The notes under the pieces: generated by a model
The model's database searches: none
The model's input: the letters and a program-made list of their open reading frames with translations, nothing else
What the model was told of the DNA's origin: nothing
Shown here: piece after piece, positions 40,225 through 52,963 of the stretch
Position numbering within the stretch: position 1 is the stretch's first letter
Layout of the letters: each line of letters starts with the position of its first letter
From: Podarcis melisellensis
Taxonomy: Eukaryota
Strand: one strand, 5' to 3'
DNA: 64,000 bases
NCBI GenBank assembly: GCA_964234715.1
Contig: OZ174275.1
Translations under genes and position numbers: made by a program

Positions 40225-40764
40225 AGGTAGTCTACTGGGAGAGATGTATGATTAAAGACATATTTCCTAATGATGACCCATGTGAGAAGAGGTCTTATGT
40301 AAAAAAATTATATAATAAAATTCCATAGGTGTACTCCCTTAAGTCAACGGTGCTTTACAGCTTGTGCACCTTGGTAAATAATTAGTGACAACACTATATG
40401 ATGGGAGTTGTAGCCCTGACAAACCTCTGCATTACACTTAGCTCTTGCTTCTCAGTGGGCTCCATCTTCCATCAAGCATCACAAACAGTATTATGACTTG
40501 CAGAAGCCTAACTAGGTTTTCCTGCTGAGAAAATGTAAAATTGGTTTTCCAAGCTCAGGGTCAGGGAAAAAAGGGGGAATGAAGTTCATATGGTAATTGA
40601 CACACACTGGAAGAATTGCAACGTGTTCATTGTTTGGTTAACAACAACTTTCAAATTTCCTTCTATACTCTCTGTCTTTGCTATCTACTAACCAACCACT
40701 CTTTACACTGATATGTACTTCTACCTGCTAACCTAACACTGCCGCATTTTGAGATCAGATGTAC

Positions 40765-40972
40765 CTTGCAATTTCCTGCGATGGAAGCGTGGAGATCCCA
40801 GGAAGCTGTTCTTGATCGAGTTGAGCCGTGTTCTCCAGGGCATTCCTCCAATGCTGGGGCTGGATGGTGGCGTAGGGTTGGGTGTGCCTGCTGGGCTCTC
40901 CTTTGGCGTATGGACAGGTGTCCCCTTGGGGGTAGGGAGGGGACTGCCCCTTGGAGAGGGGTGAGGGGTGAC
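40765..40972 (-). CDS. BRSK2: BRSK2 coding exon (~exon 14), 208 nt, [69 protein letters not shown](V)
   Basis: Acceptor catcatacag|GTC at 40973-40974, donor CAAG|gtacat; phase 0 to phase 1; peptide in ORF 40733..41218. Confidence 0.97.
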
Positions 40973-41377
40973 CTGTATGATGGGGATAGATTTGGTGCTT
41001 GGGTCAGTACTAGAAGGGAGCAATCTAACAGGAGACATAGGGTTGGTTTGCACGGTAGGAACAGCCAGCTGCGGGCTAAACCCAGGAGCAGGTGGACGGC
41101 CCTGAGTGTTCTGTGCAGGAGAATTTGGGGGAGGAGGGACTGTAGCATTGCTAGAGGGCAGGGGATTGGATTTGGTAGACTGGAGTGGTTTTTCAGCCAA
41201 TCTGCACTTGGATGGCAAAGTCTGTGTCTTTGGATTGGGTTGAAGTGCCGGCTTTGGCTGGAGAACATGTCCGGGCCTGGAAGCATTCCTACAAGCATCG
41301 GAGTCCAGGGAGACTTGGGGGCGGGGAGTGAAAGGGAGGTCAGGAGTCTGAGGGGGGATGAAAAATTTTCTGATAGG
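40973..41377 (-). CDS. BRSK2: Alternative in-frame 5' extension of exon 14 (405 nt, 135 aa, Pro-rich: [16 protein letters not shown]...STKSIPIIQ) from an upstream acceptor
   Basis: Acceptor ctttctctgtgtgtatcttgtag|CCT at 41378-41379; 405 nt is 135 codons with no stop, in frame with VTPHPSPR; phase 0 matches the exon 13 donor; 230-nt AG-free zone upstream. Confidence 0.8.
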
Positions 41378-42964
41378 CTACAAGATACACACAGAGAAAG
41401 TACCCATGCATTTCAAGAAAAGCAAAACGCACACGCACATACGCACAAAGTGGGTGAATAGAGAAATAAAGCCCATTTGAGTTGCGGTTGTGAGCCACAT
41501 CACAAGGAGATCAGAGTTATGGAGGTGAGGGTGAAGGAGGTGGGGGGTTAGGGAATTGCAAAGAAACAAAAAACAAACACAAACAAAAAACAAAAAGACA
41601 TGCAGTTAGCTGGGAACACAGCAGAGTCAACAACAGCAGCAGTGGCGGTAGTGAAAACAACAGTTTTGTCACAAGCTTCATCATATTAACCAACCATGTG
41701 TCAGCAAATAAAAAAACCACAGAGCAAAAACTAACATGAAGGAAAAGAAAGTAAGAAACTAAAAGGGTGGGCGAGGGAGGGGAAGCAGCAAGAGAGAGCG
41801 AGACAGAGCGAGAGAGAAAAGGCCGTACCCCTGAGCTGTTCTGACTGTCTCACAGATAGAGAGAGAGAGAAGAACAGGGCTGAAGGGAGGTGGGGAAGGG
41901 GAAGGAAGCATCATTCAAGCCACAGGGGAACCTGACATGTAAGCATGTAAGGCTGAGTGTGCCCTCTCTCCCAGCTCAAAACATCTACCACAATCAAAAA
42001 CAGCAAGGAAATGCAGATCAAAATAACATGTGTGCAGCAGGTAATGATAGAAGCACACAGATTACTACACACATCAACTCTCCTCAGTCAAAGCACCACA
42101 AGTTTCAGTAACATGGAGAGAGGGTGTGAGTGAGGCTGAGGAGGGGGAAAGCCTCTATCATTTCACCACCATTCCTTCCTGGCCTTCCACCCAGAGGGAC
42201 CCAGTTTTCTCTGGCAGGCTTTACTATATGAAATCTTAACAGCTCATGGAACCATGGGCCAGTTTGGGCTTCAAATTTTAAGAGATCGTGGAACTACGGC
42301 CACTTTAGGGTTTAAGTAAAATACCCCAAGGGTCACCAAAGAAGGCTTGCTTTCTAAGTGCCCCTATTACATCTAAGTCCTCCCGTCATCAGACAGTCTT
42401 ATACTTTTAAAAAACATAAGAGAAAAACATTCCTCAGTTTTTATGACACAGTACCAGAATTCCATTCTGTGGCTGATCATTGTGCTTTATGCAGTAAACA
42501 TACAAAACACACAATTCATAATCAGCCATAAATGAAGTCAGAAAAGGGGATTATGTTGTTTTGTCAAACAACAACAAAACTTAATTAGCAAGTGTTAGAT
42601 TCAAGAACAGTCCAAGAAAAACTTTAAAATAGAAATTCAATACACAGGGAACAAAATGCAAAAAAGAACACTGTTAGAAGAAAAGATATTTTTTTAAAAT
42701 GCAGAACATATTCCTTTCATAGAGCATGGGTTAGAAAAAAGTAACAATAAAATTGTATTTACTGTTTATTTGTGAATGAGTGCAAGCCCATTAGAAGAAT
42801 TCACAAATGTGTAACAATGTATTGCCCTGCAGTTTGGGCAATTAACTTACATAAGAAGTGAAAATTGCATAAAACTGTGATAATTGCATATAACTGTATG
42901 TAAGAACAGAAGCTGAATTGACTAATAACAGAAGAAATGTAAATGAACTGGTTCCCTGTCTGCA

Positions 42965-42966
<2 letters not shown>

Positions 42967-43004
<38 letters not shown>
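42967..43004. repeat. (GT)n microsatellite followed by degenerate GT-rich sequence to ~43140
   Basis: Direct reading. Confidence 0.95.
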
Positions 43005-43007
<3 letters not shown>

Positions 43008-43853
43008 TCTTTGTGTAACAGAGGGTGGGGGAACGTGTGCATGCCTGTAGGTGTAGTGAGGATAGATGCTGTTTGTGTGTGTGTTGTGTATGGTGGTGAG
43101 TGTGCATGTGTGGAATGTATGTCTGTGGTGTGTGCATGTAGAAATATGCATTGGCCACACCCATTATTGGCATTAGAGAAGTACCTGACTTTCAGTACTA
43201 CCTTTGAGCCAACATTATTTTAGCCACCCGTGAATTAAAACATATATTTAGACAAGCTACTGCCTGTTTTTTTTTTAAAAAAAAGAACCAATCAAGCTTT
43301 GGCTTGCCCAAGGACTAACAAAAAAGGGCCTGTTCAAGCAGACTCTCTAAGACTGCGCAATTTCTTACTTCTTTGGAATGATTCTCTTTCTGCCCCTCAA
43401 ATCCAAGCGACTTTCAGCTTCCTTACTGGAACATCCTAATCCAACTCTGTATGATTCTTGTTCAGACTAGAGTTCATTGTTTTTCCAGCGTTCTTCAGCT
43501 GTGCTATTCAGTCCCAAAGTAGCTCTAGCTGTTATGGTTCAGTGCCTCACAATGGGCTTGCAATAAGCAGCAGATGTTTTCTTCATCGTATGAAAAACTC
43601 TCTTAACAGGGTTATATACGTTGGCATCATGTTAGGCCACAATGATACCTTAGGTGGCAACGATGCCAGAAGCAGAGGCAGCCCTGCAGAAGGACCCTAT
43701 CCCAACATTCACAAACAGCAAGCTGTGCTTTATAGCTGCCCCACATCCCTAGCTAACTAAGCCACCCTTCAAAACGGGGAAAGAGATATTAAATGTCACC
43801 GAGCTCACATGAGAGAGTAGTTATAAATCATGACCCCAAATAATCCCACTTAC

Positions 43854-43914
43854 CCTTGGACTGCTGAGTGGGCTGGTCGACAGGCCAGAGGAAGCTCCAC
43901 TGATTGAGCGAGAC
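43854..43914 (-). CDS. BRSK2: BRSK2 coding exon (~exon 13), 61 nt, (R)SRSISGASSGLSTSPLSSPR
   Basis: Acceptor tgtttactcag|G, donor AGG|gtaagt; phase 2 to phase 0. Confidence 0.96.
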
Positions 43915-46900
43915 CTGAGTAAACACAACAGGAAGACAAGGCCCTGAGAAACCCCTGTCAAAAGACACACCACCCTGCTGTGCCAGCCACCACCATATTA
44001 AACCTCTGCATTAAGTTGTGGCTCACATTTCTAACAAGAAACTGCATATATAGCCAACATTTGTTTTCAAGGGGCAGATGTACATGAAGACGCCCATCCC
44101 TTTGTTCATCAGTCTCATGTTTTATAATAATATTTTTTTTTCTGTGTGCATCTGGAAATACCTCCCTTATAAGATCCCCATCCTATCCCCCATGATCTCA
44201 CCTTGAAGGAGCTTTGATCTCTGTTGTAAAGATCAGGTAAAAAGAGAAATATCTTGCAAGGAAAGGAATAGACTGCACTGCTGCAGCTGTTTTTTACCAT
44301 GGCAGACCAACAAGTATATAAATCACCTATTCTCCTGTTGGTTGAGAACACCATCATTTTGAAATCAAATGGATCTTTCTTAACCTTCCATTTAGGAAAT
44401 ATTTTTTTCCCACTGACTAGCAAGGTATTTCATATGAAATCATTGGCCCATATGTTTACAGGCACAATACTACTTCCAAAGGCCTCAGTCCCTTGCTATC
44501 ACCATTCATCAAAATGATTGTGCATAGATAAGTGGCTCAGAAACAGCATGGAATTCACACGGCCAAATACAGACGCAAAGGAGCTCCTTGTCAATCCCAG
44601 TTATCAATGCTAACACACATTACCAAAGATATTTTCACGTCTCTGGTTACGTCTAATGTCTGAGAGAAACCTACATAGGCTATAAATAATGCACATTCAA
44701 TTTTTCCTCCTCTTTCATTTCCACATCAGCACCATTGATCCATAGTACAAATCAAAAGCATGTTCAACAGCCCCATATGTGAAAAATGTTAAAGAAATGG
44801 CCAGCTTATGTTGGCATTTCTTGAAATCTTTGCCTTGACCTTCCTCATCTCTGCTGGAACCATGGTCTTTAAAAAGGATGATACAACAATGAAAGCAAAC
44901 CCAGTCAACAAGATAATATGCAATATATCACTTAGTCCTAATCTGTATTGCAACCTTATGGTGGCGGGACTGCTTTCAGTAAAACAAATTAATGAATGTA
45001 TAGATTTCTCAAAGAGAACATTTTGATTCTGCTCATATAACTAGATCTATGACATGCAAGTTATAAGGTAAGAGATATATAATGGATGTATATAATGTAC
45101 ATCTGTACATCAACAGGAAAACCTGGCTCGGAAAGAGCTTTTAAGCTCTCCACCCTGTGTGTGCTTAATGTGTATGATTTAAGCTGCTGGCTGGCAAGCA
45201 CATAAGGCTGAAATTGTGCAAGTTAAATGTGTGCAAGTTGCCCATACATACATATATAACTAGCATCAGATAGCAGGTCTATCATTTCTCATAAAGCATG
45301 GGCACTGGGTCTACTAAGCTGAGCAGTCCTAGCCTCTACCCCGCTATTGCATCTCAATGGGCAGATTTGCTAGCCATCAAAAGATACACCTGGTGTCCAG
45401 ATGACATCTTCTCACCCTTGACTGAAACCCTGTTCTTTCCCTGGCCTTTAATTAACTGCTGAAACTCTCCATTCTTGCCTTTTGTTGCTACAATCAATTT
45501 CACAGCTCCCTTGCATCTCCCTAAAAAAGATAACATGCCAGGAGACTAGTTAACTGCACTGAACAGTTGTTATTTGTCACTCCAATGCCCCCTTTCCCCA
45601 TTGTTGTATTGTTATAACAACACTGAGCTAAGCCATGTCCTCTCAGCCAGTCCCTCCCTCCCACCTGCAATACAGGTTTAATACGGATGGACTTTATCTG
45701 TACTGGCAGGGTTATTAAAAAATGTGTACAGCCCTGGGTATGCGTGGGTTATATTTTAGGGTATGAAATAAGTCCTTAGTTAGAAAGATGCTACCTTTTG
45801 GCGGGGTAGAAACACTACTGTCCAGATAAAAGTGAATCAGGAAGTTGCTCCTACAACCAGTGAGTGTGTCATTCTAGCCTTCCTTTTGTCTAATTGGCTA
45901 GCTCTGCTGTCCTAAATGAACCATGGCTTCATTTGTTAATGAACAACCCTATAAAGCAGGAGCTGGCTTGCTTTGTAAACGGGCAGAGTTGGTGCCGACA
46001 CATTTTGCTTCCTGTCTCAGGTTCTACAACAGCTAGAGAAGGATTTGGTTTTTTAAAAACAAACAAATCCGAAAGCTGATAATCTGGGAGATTTGGTTCA
46101 GCCCTCTGACACCTATGATGGGAGGCAGCAAATATCAGTGCACTAGCTGTGTTTTCCTCATTGCCATGGCAGCAGGGATGCCTCCCTGAATTATCATGAG
46201 AACAAGGATCACACACAGCTTAGGGGGCACTTTTAAAAGACTGGGGAGTGGCTGGCCAAGGATGATCCTCCCGTGGGTTCCAGAGGGAGTGCTGTAGATG
46301 TCCCCTCTCTTTGAAACCCCCCTTCTCAAGGCTGCTTATTTGTTGGAAGACCCTGAGGCCTGCATGCCTCACTCCACCAATGTGGGGATCAGCATGAGAA
46401 AGAATGAACCAAAGGCACATAGGGCAGAGAGGGATAGAGATACATGGTGAGAGGAGAGTTATATGCTATGCTATTTATCAGCCAGGAAATTGGTTGTAGG
46501 CCTTTAGTGAATAAACTACAGTTTTATTAATCTAGTTTTAAAGCTTGCAGCTATAAAGAAAATGTTACACTTAAATACGTCAAAGCTTGTTTATAAAGAA
46601 TAACCTCCAAACTGAACCTAGAAGCATCCTTGTAGCTCAATGCCTTAAAGGAAATGAAAATAAGAAGTGGGGTTTTGTAGGTCTTACACTCCTGTCAGTA
46701 TCACCTTTGCAGGTTAAGAAAACAGAGCACCCTAGCCACATTATTTAAAATTTCTGAAGGAAGGTTCTTTGGTGCTGTTCTTCACCCATCAGCCATCAGC
46801 AAAGAAACCAGGGGTCAGCTCCTTCTCATGAAACTGGCCCAGAGCACTGAGAATTCAGACTCAAGCAAAGACAGAGATTGTGCACTGGGTAGCAATATGG

Positions 46901-48290
46901 ATTCTCCTTTTGGGGAAGCTCCATAGACATTATCACCAGCATGAGTAACCCGAGTAGTCACACTGGGAGGACAAAAATAAGGAATTGTGACACCTTACTT
47001 TGCTGAAAGGGTTTTTTTTTTTAATCTATGGATTTGAAAGACAATTATTTAACAGGAAACATCCATTTGCATATAATCTTCACAGAATCTCTGGAGGAAT
47101 TAAAGTGAGTCTTGTCTCTCATTATTCTGGTCAGGTAAATTTCTTACAATTGGTCATACATTGAGCAGGTATCTTCTTTTGAGGGTTGAACATATTTTAG
47201 ACACTCCTCTCCACCCCTAATGAGTGACACAGTGTGTTGTGAACATTTTATTACCATGAGTTTGTAAGAGCAGTATTGCTGAGAAATGCTAGAAGATCAT
47301 CATGGCAATGATGAGGCAATCCTGGCTCCATCTGTAAGCCAAAGAAGGAGCAGCTGCAAGGAGTTTGTCTTTCCCCCTCCCATGAATGAACAACCTGCTC
47401 CAACTGCCAGGAACCCGGGGCTGCAGAATCAAAAAGAGCCACTCTCTGCCCTCTTCCACCAGTCAAGGCAATCCTTGCCTCCCAGGAAGACTGTACAGGC
47501 AGGGAAGAGATCAGCCTGACCCCATACATTGGCCAATGAAAGAGCAGCTGCTCCAAAGTTTGCTTTCCTCTTTCCTTCCCATCTTTTTTCTTTCATATTA
47601 TGTCTATATGATTGAAACCTGTGGACCGGGACTACAAGATCTTTTATTAAATTTCAGGCCCTAAACAACAACAATAATAACAGCAACAACAACAAGAAGA
47701 ACTCTGAATATGTGTCTGTTAGAAATTATAGCAGAATATCTGAAACATGTTTGATCCTGCTTCACAGAAAACTATTTTAGAAACTGGAAACATTTTTCAC
47801 ACCTGTAAAGGGAAAGGCCATAGAAAGACCATGAATCATGGAATGTAAACAGACATGTGACACGCAACAGTTCCACACGTCTGCTCCTTAAGGTGGAATG
47901 GAAATGTCAACACCTCTTCATTAGCCTGCCACATTCCTGTGTCTCACAGTTCCCCTTATGATGAACTATAGGCAGTTTAGTTTGTTAACTGGGCAACCAA
48001 ATCTCTTCTGATGTGATTGATTTTTTAAAAAATGCTTTAAATGATCTAACTGCACCGAAGTGATTATTTCTCTCAGGATTCAAAACAAACAAACAAAAAC
48101 CTGTCAGCCCCCCCCAATAAAACAAAAAAAGCAAACTGGTCAAATATGACCTTCAGGGTTTTGTTTTTGTTTTTGCTTAAGAAAGTGGATGGTTGGGGTC
48201 TTTATGCTTCTATAATCTGCCATTCCCCAGGAAAGCAACACAACATGTCAGAAGCATGAGTACTAATTCAACAGTAATAAAAAAAGGACG

Positions 48291-48297
<7 letters not shown>

Positions 48298-48348
<51 letters not shown>
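48298..48348. repeat. (GA)n microsatellite
   Basis: Direct reading. Confidence 0.95.
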
Positions 48349-48350
<2 letters not shown>

Positions 48351-51300
48351 GTGTCTGGTGCCTTTTGACCCCAGACAGGGCTCTTGTGCCTTTGACACAG
48401 TTTAATAAATAGAAATTCAACAGGAAAAGCATTGCCTATTTTGTATCTCCATGCCAGAAAAAATAGCACCTGACAAATTTAGGCTACTTTTTGTTGTTCT
48501 TGAGTTTGTTAGAGGTAGAAAGGCCATGCCACAGCAGATTGCAGAAATTCTACTCAGGAATATGAGTAGGTTATGCTTGTGGATGTAGCATGAGGACAGG
48601 GTTTAAGAATTCTACAGTCAGGAGGTTCCATTCAGACTGGGGGCCCTTTCATGTACATTTTTAAGAGTGCCTCTGGGGTCTTTTAAAATTCTGAAAGTTG
48701 CCTGCTCAGTTTCATCATAGGGGATCAGTAGTCATGTTCCAAGTTGTGGAAAAATGTAAAATGCTAGTAGTTTTCAGCAGGAGGAGAGAAAGGTGTCAAC
48801 ATTCATGCCTTCTAGTGCTTGTTTAAGTAGAGGCTGGTGAGAGGGTGACTCAGATAAGAGAATGGGACTATATATTTCACTGCAGGACCCTCTTTATGGA
48901 TGTTTCACATTCTAAAATTTTGCATGTGCACACACATACATACAGACATACAATATTCATGCCAGTGGGGTTTTGTGTCATTTGGTACAGCGCTCCTTTT
49001 CTTCAGAAGGTGCTTAGATATTGGAAGCAGAGTCAGGATGATTAGACAATAGTGGAAGCAATGCATCCACAGAGACATATTGGTTTTGCTGTCACTGTGA
49101 CTAAATAGGTGACAGAAAATTCACCACCATGGAATCCTGAAGCCAACTGAGCCGACCAAACACCTGCTCTGAAACTGCAGCAGCTCCTTCTGACTATCAA
49201 GTTCCACATTTCACCTGTATCAGCCGTCATTTAAGCACATCCCACACCATGAAGACAATAAGGAGCTGCATACGAACTGGGGCCAGTTTGTTGATTAAAT
49301 AATTTTATATCCCTCTCTTCCTCCCAATACGGTGCACAGGGCAGCTTACAACAACCACGTAGGCCATTCTGAGGCTGCAGTACCTTTTACCCAACCACAA
49401 AGGATGGCTGCACTTGGAACACAACAACCCTGTGTGTAAGTTCAATACAGCCTAATGGAGACGAGAAGGAACTGTTGTTATTGTGGTTGGCCTGATGCAG
49501 ACTTTTCTGCCCAGCTGCTTTTTATGTAAGTGTGAGCACTGGAGATAGCAGCAAGAGATGGAGGCAGTTGGCTCCACTCTCTGCTGGCTCCCCTTGAGTC
49601 TCTGTTGATAGAGCAGGATCACACCAGCAGGATCACACCAGCACCATGACCATGGCTATAAATGTCTTTCTTTGCAGTTCAACTGCCAGGCGGCTTTTCT
49701 TTGTTAGACATTATGCACAAAGCCATCAAAAGTCATATAAATATGAATTCATACCACAGGGAGGCTTCCCCATAGAACCTTGTGGCTTGACAACAGGTTG
49801 GAGAGGGACCTGTGGTCCTCCAGATGCTACTGGATTACAAATACCATCAGTCACACTCACACACACCCATACACCCACCCACCCCATCCTACATGGCATA
49901 CATTACATTTTAGGCTATGTCCTCAGTGTAAGGATGAGGTAGTTTTGTCAGTGGGCCAAGCAAGACATTTTTTAAAAAGAATGTAAAAGCAGCTGGGGGG
50001 AGGGGGCTGAGAATAACTCTTCCCTCCTGCACTATTATCCTGGTCTAAGATGCTATATGTTCTTTGAGGGGAAAATATAGGTTCCAATATAGTATTTGTA
50101 AGTGTTCCCCCACTGGACGAATAGCAGCTGGGAGGATTTTAGTTGGGAAGATGATAGGAGGGAAAAAAGGTCAACTGCTCTTCCCTACCACAGTGATCTT
50201 GATTCAGTTCAGCTCCCTTCCCCAAGCTGGTTTTAATATTTACCTTTTCAAAAACAAATGTAAAAGAAAAAAAATTACAGGAGATCTGATCACAGTTGCC
50301 AAGATGTCATATTGAGATTTGCCCTCACTATGTACTAGGACTCTAAGATGCATGTGAAGTCAGGGCAAGCATTTTCTCCCCCTCCCTAACAAACACACAC
50401 ACAAACATTGTTGTATAAATTTTTTTCCTCCTGTAAGTTCCCCCCCCCCTGTAACACAGTTTCATGATAAATAATATTTATACTGTGATCGTTAAAAGAA
50501 ACTTCTCTACCCAGAAGAAAACAACAGGTCCCACAACAGGTATAATCCAAAACTGGAGCTTACCCCAATGCGTCAGCACTTGTCATCCTTGGCAGTGGGG
50601 AATAAATAGAGGAGAAGGAGAGAGAAAGAAAGGGACGTGGAGCAGGTGGAGAAAAGAGTACGAAAAGCAGAGTGAAATACTGTTCGGAGAACTACATGGT
50701 CATAATTATTGCCACAGGCATCTGCTGCTGATGGAAGCACCAGTGGGGAATTACGCATGGGAAGGGGGAAGTTGTCATTTCCTAAACAAATATTTCCATA
50801 TAGCTCATAATCATAGAAGAAGTTTGCATCTGGGATTATGGGGGCAGACACATCAAGTGTAAACGTGAAAAATAAAACATTGCTTGCCCACCCTCATTAA
50901 GCCAGTCTGTGGAGTTAGCAGTCCAGATCTGATTTGCGGTTGTTTTTATTTATGGCAAATAATCAGATTTTGCACAGTGGGCCATATTGAAAAGGATGTG
51001 GATCTTCCTCCATTTTGCTCATGTAACATTCTCCTGCCCAGTGATGTCCAGCTAGGAATATCCTTTTCCACTGTGTATATCTATACTTTATATGTAGTGT
51101 TAAATGCACTGATAATTAAGACCAATATTTCTGAGTGGGTATGAGGCTCGGATGAACAAAGCTACAAGTGAAGGATGTAACTCACTGGGAGTTTCTCCTG
51201 TTCTGCTGAAATGTATAAAAACATATATGTATTGCGTGAGACTCATGTAGAAATCCTGAGTAGGTTGTGTTCAAAGTTGCAACTCTACTTTAATTCTGGC

Positions 51301-52269
51301 TGAAAGGACCTTCAACTTTTTCCAAAATAGATAAAAATCTATTTTTATTAAATTCAAATTAAAACCAGGGGTTCTCTGCCTAAAAACAGTGGAAAATAAA
51401 TGCACAATATAAAATAAATGCAGCCTTAAGCACAAGCTATTAAAGAGATGTTAACTGTTTCTCTGTCCTACTACAAATTATAACACTGCTAAGTTACATT
51501 TCTACCCTGGTTTTCATTTTAATGTTGCTCAAGTCACATCACACTTGTGATGGGCAAGCAGAAATCTGTAGATGTATTGTGGAATAAACTTGTATGATTA
51601 TTATTCATTTTTTCCCCATATCCCAATTTTGTCTCCCTCTTCCCAACTTCTGTAGGGATCATTTTTAAAAGCTTTCATTTAAGTCTTCATCTCCTTTTAA
51701 ACCAGGTACTGTGCATCGTTGGTTGGTTGCTTGCCCCACCAACCAAGTCATCTAACTTTCACTAGGAGGCTGTCATAGAAATAAAAGAGCCTGTTGGTTA
51801 AGCTAATCTCAAACAACATGCCAATTTCCTATGGGAAACTTTAAAGGACTCGAGTGCAAAACACTAGATACACCAAAGAATGGCCTTTCCTCGTGTTTCT
51901 GAAGTATATGTCCCAAGTTTGCTCAGCATTGAGACTGTGCAACATGGAAGCTGTAAAGAAATACCATGTCTTAGACAACAATTAAATAATGTCCCTTCCA
52001 ACTCCACAGTTCTACCTAATTGTATGAAAACATGTTGATTGCCATAGGATATTCAAACTACTTCCTCTTTCTGCTTTAGGAGACTCATCTCCACAGCAAG
52101 CCTCTTCTGTTCTGGCAGTGGAAATTTACTGCCCTATCCTAACATGCACTATTGGGCCATAAGCCAGAAACAGCAGCTTAGAAGACACACAGAAGGTGAA
52201 ATTGCTCTCCCTCAAGCTGATCCCGTCTTCTGCTTCTGAAATAGAGTCTGATAAAGCATCCAGTGAACT

Positions 52270-52924
52270 GTCTTGTCTTATTTTATGGGATCAGCCTCAG
52301 TTTTTTTGAGGCCTGGGGATGTGGACAAGATCCTTGCCTATTTACTTACTATTTACTCTCTTGACCCTTGCTCATCATGCCTGATCAAAGCTAGTCATGC
52401 AGAGTTAACCAGGTGGATCCAGGAATTGGTAAATGCATCACTTTGTGAAACTGCATTTCACTGTGTGACCACTTCTGAAAAACCTGTACTGGGATCCAGA
52501 GGTTTATTCCAACTACCACCTGTTTACTAATACTCCTTTTGGGGGCAGTGTGCTTGAGAAGGTGGTGGTTGCTCACCTACAGGTGCACTCTTGGAGGAAA
52601 CTGATTATCTGCACCTATTTCAATCTGAATTCAGATGTGGTTTTAAGACAGAATTGGCCCTGATCACTCTGATGGATGACTTCCAGCAGAGAAACAGAGG
52701 GAGTACAACCCAGTTTATCTTGTTGGATCTCTCAGTAGCTTTTGATAGTGTTGACCACAGTATTCTCCTGGATCATCTCCATGGGCTGGTAGGAGGAAGC
52801 ACTTGATTATGGTGGACACTACCTGCAGAAATAGTTCCAGTGAGTAGCATTGGAGGACTGTGCCTTGGTTTAATGTTTAATTATGTTTTTGTATGTGCTG
52901 GAAGCCACCAAAGTAATCTGATGG

Positions 52925-52963
<39 letters not shown>

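Noticed and set aside
40681-41461. 205-aa alternative-frame ORF (40681..41298 -) and 231-aa antisense ORF (40766..41461 +) overlapping exon 14 and its extension
   Set aside because: Expected shadow ORFs of a C-rich, Pro/Ser-coding exon with few stop triplets; no recognisable domain or independent gene signals
51186-51205. tttcag|CAGAACAGGAGAAACTCCCA|gtgagt possible tiny exon
   Set aside because: The best acceptors give 20 or 17 nt (frameshifting); the 12-nt version needs the third AG; such pairs occur by chance in a ~14.6 kb intron
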